Source of the DNA: Eledone cirrhosa
Lineage: Eukaryota
DNA: 64,000 nt
Reading direction: 5' to 3'
NCBI GenBank assembly: GCA_964016885.1
Contig: OZ024743.1
Span: 188,728,001-188,792,000 of the forward strand
Positions 22,839 through 35,359 of this stretch are shown here, in pieces. Each line of letters opens with the position of its first letter. Positions within the stretch are counted from its first letter, which is position 1. The position numbers were made by a program, and so were the translations under genes. The notes below the pieces were generated by a model. The model ran no database searches. It saw nothing but the letters and a program-made list of their open reading frames with translations, and was not told where the DNA came from.

Positions 22839-25800
22839 TTACTAATCTACGAACGAAGGTATTTTAGCCTACATATTGTTGTTAATATTAATGATTAATG
22901 ATGTTCCCTGCTGTATTAGCGATAAATTTTCGAGGATTTTTATTAGTAGTTTTCATGACGTTATTATTGTTAATTTTACTGATGTAGTATTAACTTGGAT
23001 ATTTACCATGCGGTATTCTAATTCTATTGTATCTCTCTCAGTTATTTACCATGCGACCCTCACTTCCTACCTCACAAGTTCCCTCCCCCCACACACCACC
23101 ATAGTCTATTCGACCAATCAAACCTAGCATGCCATTTCCACTGCTGCTGCTACTACCTGCCTAACTAACTCTCTCCTCCTCTGGCGCATCCCAACACACC
23201 CTGCCATTACTCCACCACCACTGTTCTTCTAGCCCTCAATTTTCCCACCGTTATGGATGGATGAGCTGAGAATACATTTGAGCAACTCTGAATCAATAGA
23301 TGAAATATGAATCTGCGAGCTACCAAGCACCCACGTGAAGCGCCAACCCAGAGACCCTCCCCTACGAGTGTCGACAAATGCCCAAAACTCCGAGTTGGTA
23401 CCATCAATGTAGGCTCAATGAAAGGAAGAGCAGGAGAAATTGTAGAAATGCTAGAGCGAAAGGAAGTTGATGTATGCTGTGTGCAAGAGACTAGATGGAG
23501 AGGAGGGTCTGCTAGAGTCCTTGTAGGAAAAAGCCAGTGCTACAAATTTTTCTGGGTGGGAAATGACGATGGGATGGGTGGTGTAGGTATACTATTAGCT
23601 GACAAGTGGGTAGATAAAGTAATCTCAGTGTACAGGGTAAATGCAAGACAATTAAACTCAGACTAGTCCTGAATAAGACAATTACCACAATAATATCAGC
23701 TTACGCACCCCAATCGGGGCTGCCAGACGAACTTAAGAATAGGTTTTACGAGTCCCTAATACACACTACTGCTCTAACAGACGACAAGGACTTCCTAATC
23801 ATTGCAGGAGATTTTAACGGACACGTAGGTAAACACTGCGACGGCTTCAATAGAGTACATGGAGGCCATGGAGTTGGCACAAGGAATGAGGAAGGATTCA
23901 GACTTCTAGAATTCTGCGACGCCAATGACATGTCGATATGTAACACAAACTTTAAAAAACCCGACAACCACCTGATCACCTATAGATCAGGGGAGCACTC
24001 TAGTCAGTTAGATTTTATCCTCATCAGAGGACGTGACAGATGGACGGTCGTAAACACAAAAGCCTTCCCTAGTGAGGAATGTACATCCCAACATAGATTA
24101 GTTGTCAGCGACCTCACGGTCAGAACTAGACGAGCCCTGAAACAGAGGCCAACCTGGAGAAGAAAGATCTGGAAGCTGAAAGTCCCCTCAACCAGTAACA
24201 GATTTAAAGATATTTTACTCAACGCCTACGACAGTAAAGAAGAACAGATAGAGACAACGTAGAAGAGAACTGGGAGTTCCTAAAAAATAACTTACTAGAG
24301 GCGACGGATGAGGTTTGTGGCTGGAGTAAGACCTCAAGCAGGAGGAGAGTGACTTGGTGGTGGAACAATAAGGTAGATGAAGCAGTCAAGGCCAAGAGAC
24401 AGGCATGGAAAGAATGGAAGAACGGGGGGAGCAGGGTACATTACATAGAGACCAAGAGGGAAGCTAGGCGACAAGTATACTTAGCTAGGAGGGAAGCAGA
24501 GGATAGAAAATTCAAGCATGTTTTACAACATGAGGACCAGAAACAGGAGGTATTCAAGATTGCGAGGCAGTGTGTCAGAGATAGTTGTGATGTCATTGGA
24601 GAGAAGTGTATCCGGAATGATAAAGGTGAGCTTGCCCTCACAAGTGCTGAGAAGAAAGATGCATGGAAGAGTCATTATGATAGATTACTAAATGAGGAGA
24701 ATGCATGGGAAGAAGAGACCCTACCCCAAGTAGACCCTATAGAGGGACCAGCAGTACAAGTCAGCGGCAACGTAGTAAGTAAGGCAATCAGAGATATGAA
24801 GATAGGGAAGGCAACCGGTCCATCGGGTATAGCTGCCGAGATGCTGAAGGCATCTGGGTCTGTAGGTCACACTATAACCACACGTATCGTTAACCAGGTA
24901 ATACTAGAGGGGGCCATACCAAAAGATTGGTGCAGTAGCATCATTGTCAACTGCTACAAAGGTAAAGGCGATGCACTAGATGGAGGAAACTATAGAGGTA
25001 TGAAGTTGATGGACCAGGTCATGAAAGTAACAGAAAGAGTTATAGCACAGCTGATTAGGGACCGGGTGAATATAGACGAGATGCAATTTGGGTTTGTACC
25101 AGGGAAAGGCACCACTGATGCCCTCTTCCTTGTGAGGCAATTACAGGAAAAGTACCTAGCTAAAAGTAAGCCACTCTACTTGGCATTTGTCGACCTTGAG
25201 AAAGCCTTTGACAGAGTTCCACGTGCAGTAATCTGGTGGGCTCTTAGAAAACTAGGAGTAGATGAATGGCTTGTGAAAGCGGTACAAGCCATGTATAGGG
25301 GAGCAGTCAGCAAAGTTAGGATTAGCAATGAGTATAGCGAGGAATTTAGCGTACTGGTTGGTGTCCACCAGGGCTCTGTTCTTAGCCCTCTCCTGTTCAA
25401 CATAGTCCTGCAGGCAATAACGGAGGAGTTTAAGACCGGATGCCCATGGGAACTCCTGTATGCTGATGACCTCGCACTCATAGCTGAATCTATGGTAGAA
25501 CTAGAGAATAAATTCCAAACCTGGAAGCAGGGACTAGAGAGAAAGGGCCTCAAAGTCAACATGACAAAGACTAAGGTCCTTATAAGTAGACGAGAAAACA
25601 GAACCCAGATCCCCTCAGGGAAATGGCCTTGCTCAGTATGTAGGAACTCCATTCTCTGCCCCAAATGCAAACAATGGGTACACAAGAGATGTAGCGGGAT
25701 CTCAGGAAGCTTAATTAAGAATGTCGGATTCACATGCAGCAGCTGTGCTGAAACAGCAAGCAAACAGCCACAGGAAACAAGTACCACCAATCTCTGGGAG

Positions 25801-26698
25801 GGCCCTGTAGAAACAGTAGACAGCTTCTGCTACCTAGGTGACCGAATTAGCAACGGAGGTGGGTGCTCAGAAAGTACAATAACTAGGGTAAGAACGGGAT
25901 GGAAGAAGTTTAGGGAACTACTACCACTGCTAGCTGCAAAAGGCTTCTCCCTCAGAATGAAAGGCAGACTGTATGATGCGTGTATCCGAACAGCGATGTT
26001 GCATGGTAGTGAGACCTGGGCGCTGAAGGTGGAAGACTTACGTAGATTAGAGAGAAAGGAAGCCTGCATGCTCCGATGGATGTGTAACAGTAATATACGT
26101 GAACGACAAAGCATAAAGGAATTGAGAGAGAGACTGAGCATAAGAGGAATCAAATGCTGCGTGCAGGAGAGGCGGTTACGCTGGTATGGACATGTGATGC
26201 GTATGAAGGATGACAGCTGCATAAAAAGGTGCAGAGCACTAGAAGTTGATGGAAACCGCGGAGTGGGGAGACCCAAGATGACTTGGGATGAGGTGATAAA
26301 AGCCGACCTTACCCAACTACACCTCTCAAAGTCAATGACACACGACCGTGACTTCTGGCGTCACGCAGTAATACAGGGTACCCGACCTCCCATGGGTACA
26401 TGCTGAAGCATATAAACAATATGCCCCCACTCCCCCCACCGCAAGGTGGTCGTGGAGGTGCCACGGCAAAAAAGCTCCCAGCCCACACTGTAAAGTGGAC
26501 GTGTAGGCGCCACGAAAAAGCACCCAGCACTCACTGTAAATGAGGTTGGTGTTAGGAAGGGAATCCAGCTGTAGAAATCAAGCCAGATCAGTTCCTGTGT
26601 GAGCAAGGCATGGTCAGCCGACCAGACACTGCCCACAACAGCACAACCCGTCTAACCCATGCTAGCGTGGAAGAACGGACGTAAAACGGTGATGATGA
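22838..26698 (+). mobile_element. Near full-length RTE LINE, subfamily A
   Basis: APE (LRVGTINVGSM, CCVQETRW, SAYAPQ, AGDFNGHVG, QLDFIL, SQHRLVV) with frameshifts near 23650 and 24258, RT, 3' UTR, (GAT)n tail; 5' boundary uncertain. Confidence 0.93.
24349..26406 (+). CDS. RTE reverse transcriptase region (685-aa open frame) with PHD-like insert
   Basis: GKATGPSGI, NYRGMKL, QFGFVPGKGTTDA, AFVDLEKAFDRV, GVHQGSVLSPLLF, LYADD, FCYLG, GSETW, LRWYGHV; separated from the APE by a frameshift. Confidence 0.92.
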   Translation: MTWWWNNKVDEAVKAKRQAWKEWKNGGSRVHYIETKREARRQVYLARREAEDRKFKHVLQHEDQKQEVFKIARQCVRDSCDVIGEKCIRNDKGELALTSAEKKDAWKSHYDRLLNEENAWEEETLPQVDPIEGPAVQVSGNVVSKAIRDMKIGKATGPSGIAAEMLKASGSVGHTITTRIVNQVILEGAIPKDWCSSIIVNCYKGKGDALDGGNYRGMKLMDQVMKVTERVIAQLIRDRVNIDEMQFGFVPGKGTTDALFLVRQLQEKYLAKSKPLYLAFVDLEKAFDRVPRAVIWWALRKLGVDEWLVKAVQAMYRGAVSKVRISNEYSEEFSVLVGVHQGSVLSPLLFNIVLQAITEEFKTGCPWELLYADDLALIAESMVELENKFQTWKQGLERKGLKVNMTKTKVLISRRENRTQIPSGKWPCSVCRNSILCPKCKQWVHKRCSGISGSLIKNVGFTCSSCAETASKQPQETSTTNLWEGPVETVDSFCYLGDRISNGGGCSESTITRVRTGWKKFRELLPLLAAKGFSLRMKGRLYDACIRTAMLHGSETWALKVEDLRRLERKEACMLRWMCNSNIRERQSIKELRERLSIRGIKCCVQERRLRWYGHVMRMKDDSCIKRCRALEVDGNRGVGRPKMTWDEVIKADLTQLHLSKSMTHDRDFWRHAVIQGTRPPMGTC

Positions 26699-26765
26699 TA
26701 TATATATGTATATACATATATATATGGATATACATATATATATATATATGTATATACATATATAT

Positions 26766-27087
26766 GAAGGCACATGGCTTAGTGGTTAGAGCATTGGCCT
26801 TGCAATCGAAAGGTTGTGAGTTCAATTCTCAGACCAGGTGATGTGTTGTTTCCTTGAGCAAGACACTTTATTTCACATTGCTCCAGTTTACGCAGCTGTA
26901 GAAATGAGATGATAGGACTGGGGTCCCTATCATTCCACTCGTGGAGGTGCCACGGCAAAAAAGCACCCAGCACTCACTGTAAATGAGGTTGGTGTTAGGA
27001 AGGGCATCCAGCTGTAGAAATCAAGCCAGCATCAGTTCCCGTCCCACCCTTGCAAACAGGGAAAAAGCGGACATAAAATAAAATGAT
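26766..27087 (+). mobile_element. tRNA-derived SINE family 2 (CORE/Meta-like body, RTE tail)
   Basis: A-box TGGCTTAGTGG, B-box GAGTTCAATTC, GTGTTGTTTCCTTGAGCAAGACACTT body, RTE-A module, RTE-C tail. Confidence 0.9.
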
Positions 27088-27146
27088 ATATATATATATG
27101 TATATACATATATATATATATGTATATACATATATATATATGTATA

Positions 27147-27181
<35 letters not shown>

Positions 27182-27182
27182 A

Positions 27183-27261
<79 letters not shown>

Positions 27262-27364
27262 GATTTACATATACACAAACTAGACAAAGTCACAGATATA
27301 TATGTTTTGGCAACCATTCACGATGTAGCTCAATGATGAATTAATAAATTAAATAATCAGAGCA

Positions 27365-27477
27365 ATATATTATAAAGTATGTCCATAGAATAATTTAATA
27401 ATATATATACACCATTGGGAGAGGAAATGGTGTATATATATTATCAAATGATTCTATGGACATACTTTATAATATAT
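27365..27477. repeat. ~52-bp-arm hairpin with 9-nt loop
   Basis: ATATATTATAAAGTATGTCCATAGAAT...ACACCATT-gggagagga-AATGGTGT...ATTCTATGGACATACTTTATAATATAT. Confidence 0.9.
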
Positions 27478-27516
27478 ATATATATATATATACACATTTA
27501 AATATATATATGTACA

Positions 27517-27594
<78 letters not shown>

Positions 27595-27951
27595 CATATA
27601 TATATGTATATACATATATATATGTATATACATATATATATATGTATATATACATATATGTATATATACATATATATATATATACATATAATATGTATAT
27701 ATACATATATATATATGTATATATACATATATGTATATATACATATATATATATATACATATAATAAATGTAATCTGTTCTGTTCATATGCCAACACAAG
27801 AGCAAGAATGAAGGGTTCATTCTACTGACATGGTTATAGAATTGAGGCTTGTTTGCATAATTGCAAACAAATCGAATGTTATTATTAATATTCGAAAAAC
27901 TCAGGTTACATTTATTGTATTCAACCATGTAGAGTGAACATTTTCTTTTTT

Positions 27952-28310
27952 ATCATCATCATCATCGTTTAACGTCTATCTTCCATGCTAGCATGGGTTT
28001 AAATGGGAAGATTGGTCGTCTTGCTCGTATAGGACTGTCTGGCAGATTTTCTATGACTGGATGCACTTCCTAACACCAACCACGTTTGCAGTGTGGACTG
28101 AGAGGTTTTTACTGTAATGTGGCCATGTAGGTAACACGGCCACATTACAGCGTGGACTGTGTCTTTTTGTCGTGACACCTACATTTATTTAGGACACGAT
28201 GTTGTAGTACCAACATAACTTTACAGAGAAAGGGGTGGGGTTGATGGGGATGGGGTAGTCGGGAGGTGGTGTATATTTGATTATAGAGGTGCCTACTGAC
28301 TGTAGGTTTA
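27952..28310 (-). mobile_element. RTE subfamily B 3' UTR
   Basis: Reverse complement of 16650-17025 and 30620-31002. Confidence 0.85.
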
Positions 28311-28332
28311 TATATATATACATACATAGATT

Positions 28333-31002
28333 ATATCCTTACTAGAAGACGGGACAAAGTGTCTGTTGTAAACACTAAATCCCTCCCCCGTGAAGAATGC
28401 ACCTCCCAACATAGCCTAGTGACCAAACGACAACAGAGGAGGCCTACCTTGAGGAGAAGAATATAGAAGTTGAAGGACCCCATAGCCAGTGACAAATTTA
28501 AAAACATATTACTTAATGCCTTTGACAATAAGGAAGAGCAATTAGAGACGTGCGATATAGAGGAACAGTGGCAATTCCTGAAAGTGAACCTGCTGAAAGC
28601 AACGGATGAAATCTGTGGCTGGAGCAGACCTATTGGCAGGAGGAGAGTAACTTCAAGGCAAAAAAGCAGGCTTGGAAAGTATGGCAGGATGGGGGAAGTA
28701 GAGAGCACAATCAGGTGGCCAGGAGAGAAGCTAGGAGACAAGTGTACCTTGCAAAAAGGGAAGCAGAGGAAAGAAAGTTCAAGCATGTTCTACAACCTGA
28801 GGACCAAAAACGTGAGGTGCTCAGGATTGCTAGACAATGTGTCAAGGAAAACCATGATATTGTCGGGGAAAAGTGTGTCCGTAATGATAATGGTGTACAT
28901 GCCCTCACTGATACTGATAAGAAGATAGCCTGGAAGTGTCACTACGAGAGACTATTGAATGAGGAGAATAAGTGGGAAAAAGATAGTCTGCGCCAAATCG
29001 ATCCAATTAAAGGTAATATTAAAAGTAAGGCAATCACAGATATGAAGACAGGCAAGGCAGCTGGGCCTTTGGAGATAGTTGCTGAGATGTTGAAGGCATC
29101 TGGAATGGTGGGACATACTATGGTCACCCGTATAGTTTACAAAGTAATACAGAATGGGGTCATACCAAAAGACTGGTGTAGCAGCATCATCATTAACTGC
29201 TACAAGGGTAAAGGAGATGCCCTAGATAGGGGAAACTATAGAGGCATTAAGTTAGTTGACCAGGTCATGAAGGTCACAGAAAGAGTTATAGCGCAACTAA
29301 TCAAAGAGCGAATTGATCTAGATGAAATGCAGTTTGGGTTTGTGTCAGGTAAAAGTACCACAGACACTCTTTTCCTTGTACGACAACTACAGGAGAAGTA
29401 CCTATCTAAAAGTAAACCCCGCTACTTAGCTTTTGTAGACCTTGAGAAAGACTTTGACAGAGTCCCCGCTCCATTATCTGGTGGGCTCTTATAAAATTAG
29501 GTGTAGATGAATGGATTGGAGATCTTTACAAGCTATGTATAATGAAGCAGTCAATAAGGTTAGAATTAACAATGAATATTGTGAAGAATTTAGTGTAAAA
29601 GTTGGTGTTCGCCAAGGCTCTGTCCTTAGCCCCCTCCTATTTAGTATTGATTGCCCTTCAGGCTATAACAGAGGAGTTCAAGACCGGCTGCTCATGGGAA
29701 CTCCTATATGCAGATGATCTAATGCTCATAGCTGAATCAATGGCTGAACTAGAGAAGAAATTCCAAACATGGAAGCATGGCCTAGAATAAAAAGGCCTTG
29801 AAGTTAACTTGTCTAAGACTAAAGTCCTAGATTATAGAAAGAAAAATAAGGCATAGGTACCCTCAGGGAAATGGCCACGCTCAGTGTGTAGGAAAGGAGT
29901 AGGCAGAAATTCCATTTTATGTCCCAAATGTAAAGTATGGATACATAAATGATGTAGTGGGATCACAAGTAAACTATGTAAGAACGTAGACTTTATATGT
30001 GGCCGATGCTCAGATGCAATAGGTAGCAGGTGTCCACAGGATACTAGCGCCTTCTATTGCCCAGATGGTTCTATAGAAATAGTAGACACTTTCCGTTACC
30101 TGGGTGACGAAATCCGCAGTGGAGGAGGGTGCTCTGAAAGTACAGTAGCCAGAATCAGAACAGATGGAAAAAGTTCGGAGAGCTTATACCGCTGTTGGCC
30201 ACAAAGGGTTTCTCTCTAAAAATGAAAGGCAGATTGTATGATGCTTGTATACGAACAGCAATGCTACATGGCAGTGAGACATGGGCGTTACGTGCGGAGG
30301 ACCTGCGCAAACTGGAAAGGAACGAAGCATGCATGCTCCGTTGGAGCATAAATGAACTAAGTGAGGAATTAGGAATAAGAGGGATCAGATGCTGTTTACT
30401 TGAGAGAGGACTACGTTGGTATGGCCACATGATGTGCATGAAAGACGACAGCTGTATAAAAAAGTGCAGAGCAATCAAAATTGATGGTAGTTACGGAGTA
30501 GGTGGACCCTGAAAAACGTGGGACAATCAGATAAATTCCGACCTTACACTGGACCGAAATCTTTGGCGCTATGCAGTAATACTGAAGACCCGTCTTGCCT
30601 ATGTACAAAGCGAAACCTACAGTCAGTAGGCACCTCTTAACCAAATATACACCCCTATCCACTACCCTATCCTCCCACTCCCACCAACACCTTTAAAGTT
30701 GGTACCACAACATCCAGTCCAAATAAATGAGATAATGAGATCAAGATCGTGTAGGTGTCACGAGAAAAAAACACACAGTCTACGCTGTAATGTGGTCGTG
30801 TAGGTAACACGGTAAAAAGTTCCCAGTTCCACACTGTAAATGTGGTTGGTGTTAGGAAGGGCATCCAGCCGTAGAAAACCTGCCAGATAGTCCTATATGA
30901 GCGAGACACGGTCACCCGACCAACCTTGCCTCAAGTGGGACAACTCCCGTCTAGCCCATGCTAGCGTGGAAAATGGACGTTAAACGAAGATGATGATGAT
31001 GA
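28333..31002 (+). mobile_element. 5'-truncated RTE LINE, subfamily B (pseudogenised)
   Basis: Starts in the late APE (EECTSQHSLV), has RT motifs and the PHD-like insert, several stops and frameshifts, 3' UTR and (GAT)n tail. Confidence 0.92.
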
Positions 31003-31013
31003 TACATATATAC

Positions 31014-31050
<37 letters not shown>

Positions 31051-31195
31051 TATACATATATATACATATATATACATACATATATATGTACATACATATA
31101 TATATACATATATGCATACATACATGTATATATATACATATATATACAAATATATATATATACATATACATATATGCATATATATATATATATAT

Positions 31196-31875
31196 AAAAG
31201 TAATATATATGAGTAATATATATGATGAAACAGATACCAACATATCTGTATTTATATTGCAAAAGAAAGTTAGCCAGACTGAAGAATATTAATTATTTTA
31301 CCACAGTTCGTCCACATCGATTTAAAATAATAATAATAATAAATCGACAAAAACTAGCTGTGCTGCCAAATGGCAATGATGTTTATACATATTTAAATTT
31401 CAAAGTCAATTTCGAGACTAGCCTGAATCTGTGAACCCATGTGCGTCACACAGTCTTTTAAATTATTTAGAAGTGAAGCTTATCAATTGTCTCTGGATGT
31501 TTACTGAGGAGAGCAGTGGCATGATATTCCTACACTTGTATCCATCTCGAAACATGTTTGGATTTTGAGGTTTAAACTTATCTACTGAACAGGTTTGACT
31601 TTGAAATTTAAATATGTATAAACATCATTGCCATTTGGCAGCACAGCTAGTTTTTGTCGATTTATTATTATTATTATTTTAAATCGATGTGGACGAACTG
31701 TGGTAAAATAATTAATATTCTTCAGTCTGGCTAACTTTCTTTTGCAATATAAATACAGATATGTTGGTATCTGTTTCATCATATATATTACTCATATATA
31801 TTACTTTTATACACGGCTCAGGAATATTTCCTTTCGAGCTAATTCCATTGTAAAAGAATTCCTTACACTTAATAT
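31196..31875. mobile_element. Fold-back element with ~210-bp inverted arms and a hammerhead in the spacer
   Basis: 31196-31409 is an apparently perfect inverted copy of 31595-31810 (identical ORF text on both strands); ~65-bp extension on the right; flanked by (TA)n. Confidence 0.85.
31499..31577 (+). ncRNA. Type I hammerhead-like fold
   Basis: GTTTA-CTGAGGA-GAG...CTC-GAAACATGTT-TGGAT; palindromic AAACATGTTT stem III; weak wobble-rich stem I (alternative partner TAAAC at 31573). Confidence 0.6.
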
Positions 31876-32138
31876 TATATATATATATATGTATACTTTT
31901 ATATATATATACATACATTTATATATATACATATATATTTATATACATATATATATATATACATATATACATATATATATACATACATATATATGTACAT
32001 AAATACCTATATATACATACATATGTATATACATATATATATGTATATACATATATACATATATATATAGCCAAACCCATGTGTGCGTGGAATATGGACG
32101 TTAAACGAAGATGATGATAATGAGATGATATATGTATA

Positions 32139-32493
32139 CATCATCATTTTACGTCCGCTTTTCCCTGCTTGCAAGGGTGGGATGGGAACTGATTCTGGCT
32201 TGATTTCTACAGCTGGATGCCCTTCCTAACACCAACCTCATATTTACAGTGAGTGCTGGGTGCTTTTATTCTGTGGCGCCTACACGACCACTTAACAGTG
32301 TGGGATGGGTGCTTTTTTTGCCGTGGCACCTCCACGACCACTTTTGGAGTCTCATTTCTACAGCTGAGTAAACTGGAGCAATGGGAAATAAAGTGTCTTT
32401 CTCAAGGAAACAACACATCACCCAATCTGAGAATTGAACTCACAACCTTTCGATTGCGAGGCCAATGCTCTAACCACTAAGCCATGTGCCTCC
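32139..32493 (-). mobile_element. SINE family 2, second copy
   Basis: Reverse complement of 26766-27087 with one extra ~48-bp unit. Confidence 0.9.
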
Positions 32494-32525
<32 letters not shown>

Positions 32526-32654
32526 ACATACATATATATATATACACATTTATATATATATATATATACATATATATATGTACATACATATATATATATG
32601 CATATATATATATACATACATATATATATATATACATACATATATATACACATT

Positions 32655-32686
<32 letters not shown>

Positions 32687-32727
32687 CACATTTATATATA
32701 TATATATACATATATATACATACATAT

Positions 32728-32787
<60 letters not shown>

Positions 32788-32814
32788 ATAAATATACATA
32801 TATATATATACATA

Positions 32815-35235
32815 CCACAATAAAGCCACCCCTGCTGCGGTAATGCTGCTCCAGTCTCCTCACAAAGACATGATTACAACAACAAAAACAACAAAAGTAA
32901 TGCTGCTCCAGTCGTGTCACAAAGACACGATCACAACAACAACAAATACAACAACAAAAATAACGCTGCTCCAGTCTTTTCACAAAGACACAATTACAAC
33001 AAATACAACAATGACAACAAAAGAGGGAACTGCAACCCTATACAATGTTGTAACCACAAATCCAATCAAAAACTGCTCCCTGAACAAAAAAAAATTCTTC
33101 TTTTTTTGCCATGAACCTGACAAAAGAGATAGAGAAAAACATTTTAGCCATCACCCAACACCAACCTTGCTGTCACTAACACACAATCACAAAACAAGCC
33201 CCCTGCAACAGTCAAAACCAGCCACCACACTAGCCTCCACATTCTTACTCAATACACAAGGTATCAGCACATCCATCAATGCACAGAAATGGAAGATCCA
33301 ATTCATTGAGGATTGGGTTGGTAACCATCCATTTCACATCCCCTTCTTCATTCTTACTGAGACCCACCTTGACAACTCCCACTTGGAGGCTGAAGTAAGA
33401 GTGAGAAATTTTACAACCATCCGTGCGGATCGTGTTGGCAGAAGGAAGGGTGGAACTGCCATTTTCCTGCATGATTCCTTTACGGCAGATGGCAACACAA
33501 CATTCTCTAATGGATACTGTGAATCAGTCACTGTGCACAATAAAGCCAATGACCTGACATTAGTTGGGCTCTCTAGGCCACCACAGACCCCCATAATCTG
33601 CTTCAAAGAATGCCTCAACAGTATTAAATGCTTTATTAAACAGTGCCATTCTAGCAACATACTTTTGATGCAACTCCTCTTGCTAATCTGTGGAGGAACT
33701 CACTGGACACTGGCTATATTCCTGAAAACTTTCTGTCCCAGTCCGTTGTCCCAGTCTTCAAAAAGGGAAATAAGTCCCTTGCAGTGAACTACCGTCTGAT
33801 CTCACTCACCTCTCATATTATCAAGGTATTTGAGAGGGTGGTGAGATCACGAATAACCCACTTTCTTGAAAGCAACAGGCTGCTGAACTGCAACCAACAT
33901 GGGTTCCGTAATGGAAGGGACTGCCTAACGCAGCTCCTGCATTACTTTGCGGATGTTTGGAGAGCCTTGGGAGAGGGCTCCAACACTGATGTCATCTACC
34001 TTGATTTCAGCAAGGCCTTCGCCAGGGTTGATCATAAGATTCTACTGAAAAAACTATCCATGTTGGTGTCTCTGGAAGGTACTACAGTGGATCAAATGTT
34101 TCCTGACAGGCAGAACCCAGCATGTTGTACTCGAAGGAGTAAATTCAAGCCCTTCCAAAGTCAGAAGTGACGTACCACAAGGCAATGTGTTGGGTCTACT
34201 TCTTTTCATAATCTACATTAATGACATTACTGACATCATCGAACACAGTAACATCAGAATCTTCGCAGATGATTCCAAGCTCCAAAGGGTCATCAATGAG
34301 GTGGGTGACCAGACTTGCCTTCAGTCAGACCTACTGGCTGTTATCCAATGGGCAGAGATGAATAATATGCTGTTGAATGAGGATAAATTTGAACTAATCC
34401 ACTTGGGAAAAAAGGATGCCCTGAAACTACCATACACTCTTCCTTCGGGTGAAACTCTAGTGGCTTCCAATAACATCAGAGACCTGGGAGTAATTGTGGA
34501 CAACAATATAAGCTGGGCCACTCATATAAACAGCAAAGTTGATATGGCCCGCACAATGTGTTCCTGGATTATCAGAACTTTCCAGTCGAGAGATATCCAC
34601 ACTGTTGTCCTTCTCTTCTCCACATTTGCCCGACCCCACCTTGAATACTGTTGTCCACTGTGGTCACCCCACACGAAACAAAGTATCATGAAAGTTGAAG
34701 CACCCCAAAGGTCAATTACAAAAAAGATAGTTGGCATGACAGGCCTTGACTATTGGGGTCGATTAGAAAAGCACAACATTTATTATCTTCAACGTCGCCG
34801 TGAGCGCTACATTATCTGTATGAGGTGGAAAATATTACATCAGCTTAACCCAAATGATGTTGGCATCATCTTTAGTGTACACCCAAGGCTTGGGTCTTGT
34901 GCTATCCGACCATGACGAAAATCGCACTCATATCACATAACAACAATACGGCACAATTATTTCACCTCAATTGACCCTGCTCTCTTTAACATTACACCAA
35001 AACACATCAAAGCAGAGACAGACCCTATCAAGTTCAAGAAGGCTTTGTATAAATTCCTTCAAGAAATCCCAGATAAGCCTCCTACACCTGCAAACAATAA
35101 CTTCCTCCACAAACAATAACTCTCTGCTCGAGTGGGCCATGGTGCCCAAACACTGATTTGTAACACTTCGACAGGTGGTGCTATTAAGTTAGACATGGCC
35201 TGGGCCAAAACTGGCCGAAACCTATAAAAGTTATC
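32815..35235 (+). mobile_element. CR1-group LINE, internally deleted
   Basis: APE (FLLNTQGI, LTETHL, RADRVGRRKGGTAIF, RPP) joined to RT (NYRLISLTSH, QHGFRNGRDCLTQLL, YLDFSKAF, IFADDSK, RDLGV, RPHLEYCCPLWSP, QRRRERY). Confidence 0.9.
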
Positions 35236-35251
35236 ATACATATGTATATAT

Positions 35252-35301
<50 letters not shown>

Positions 35302-35359
35302 ATATACATATATATACATATATATATACATATATTTATATATATATACATATATATAT

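Noticed and set aside
24441-26276. Antisense ORFs over the RTE (likewise over CR1 and PLE copies)
   Set aside because: Shadow frames of retroelement coding sequence with no independent motifs.
26766-26840. tRNA gene
   Set aside because: A/B boxes lead into a SINE body and tail with a second dispersed copy; no clean cloverleaf or terminator.
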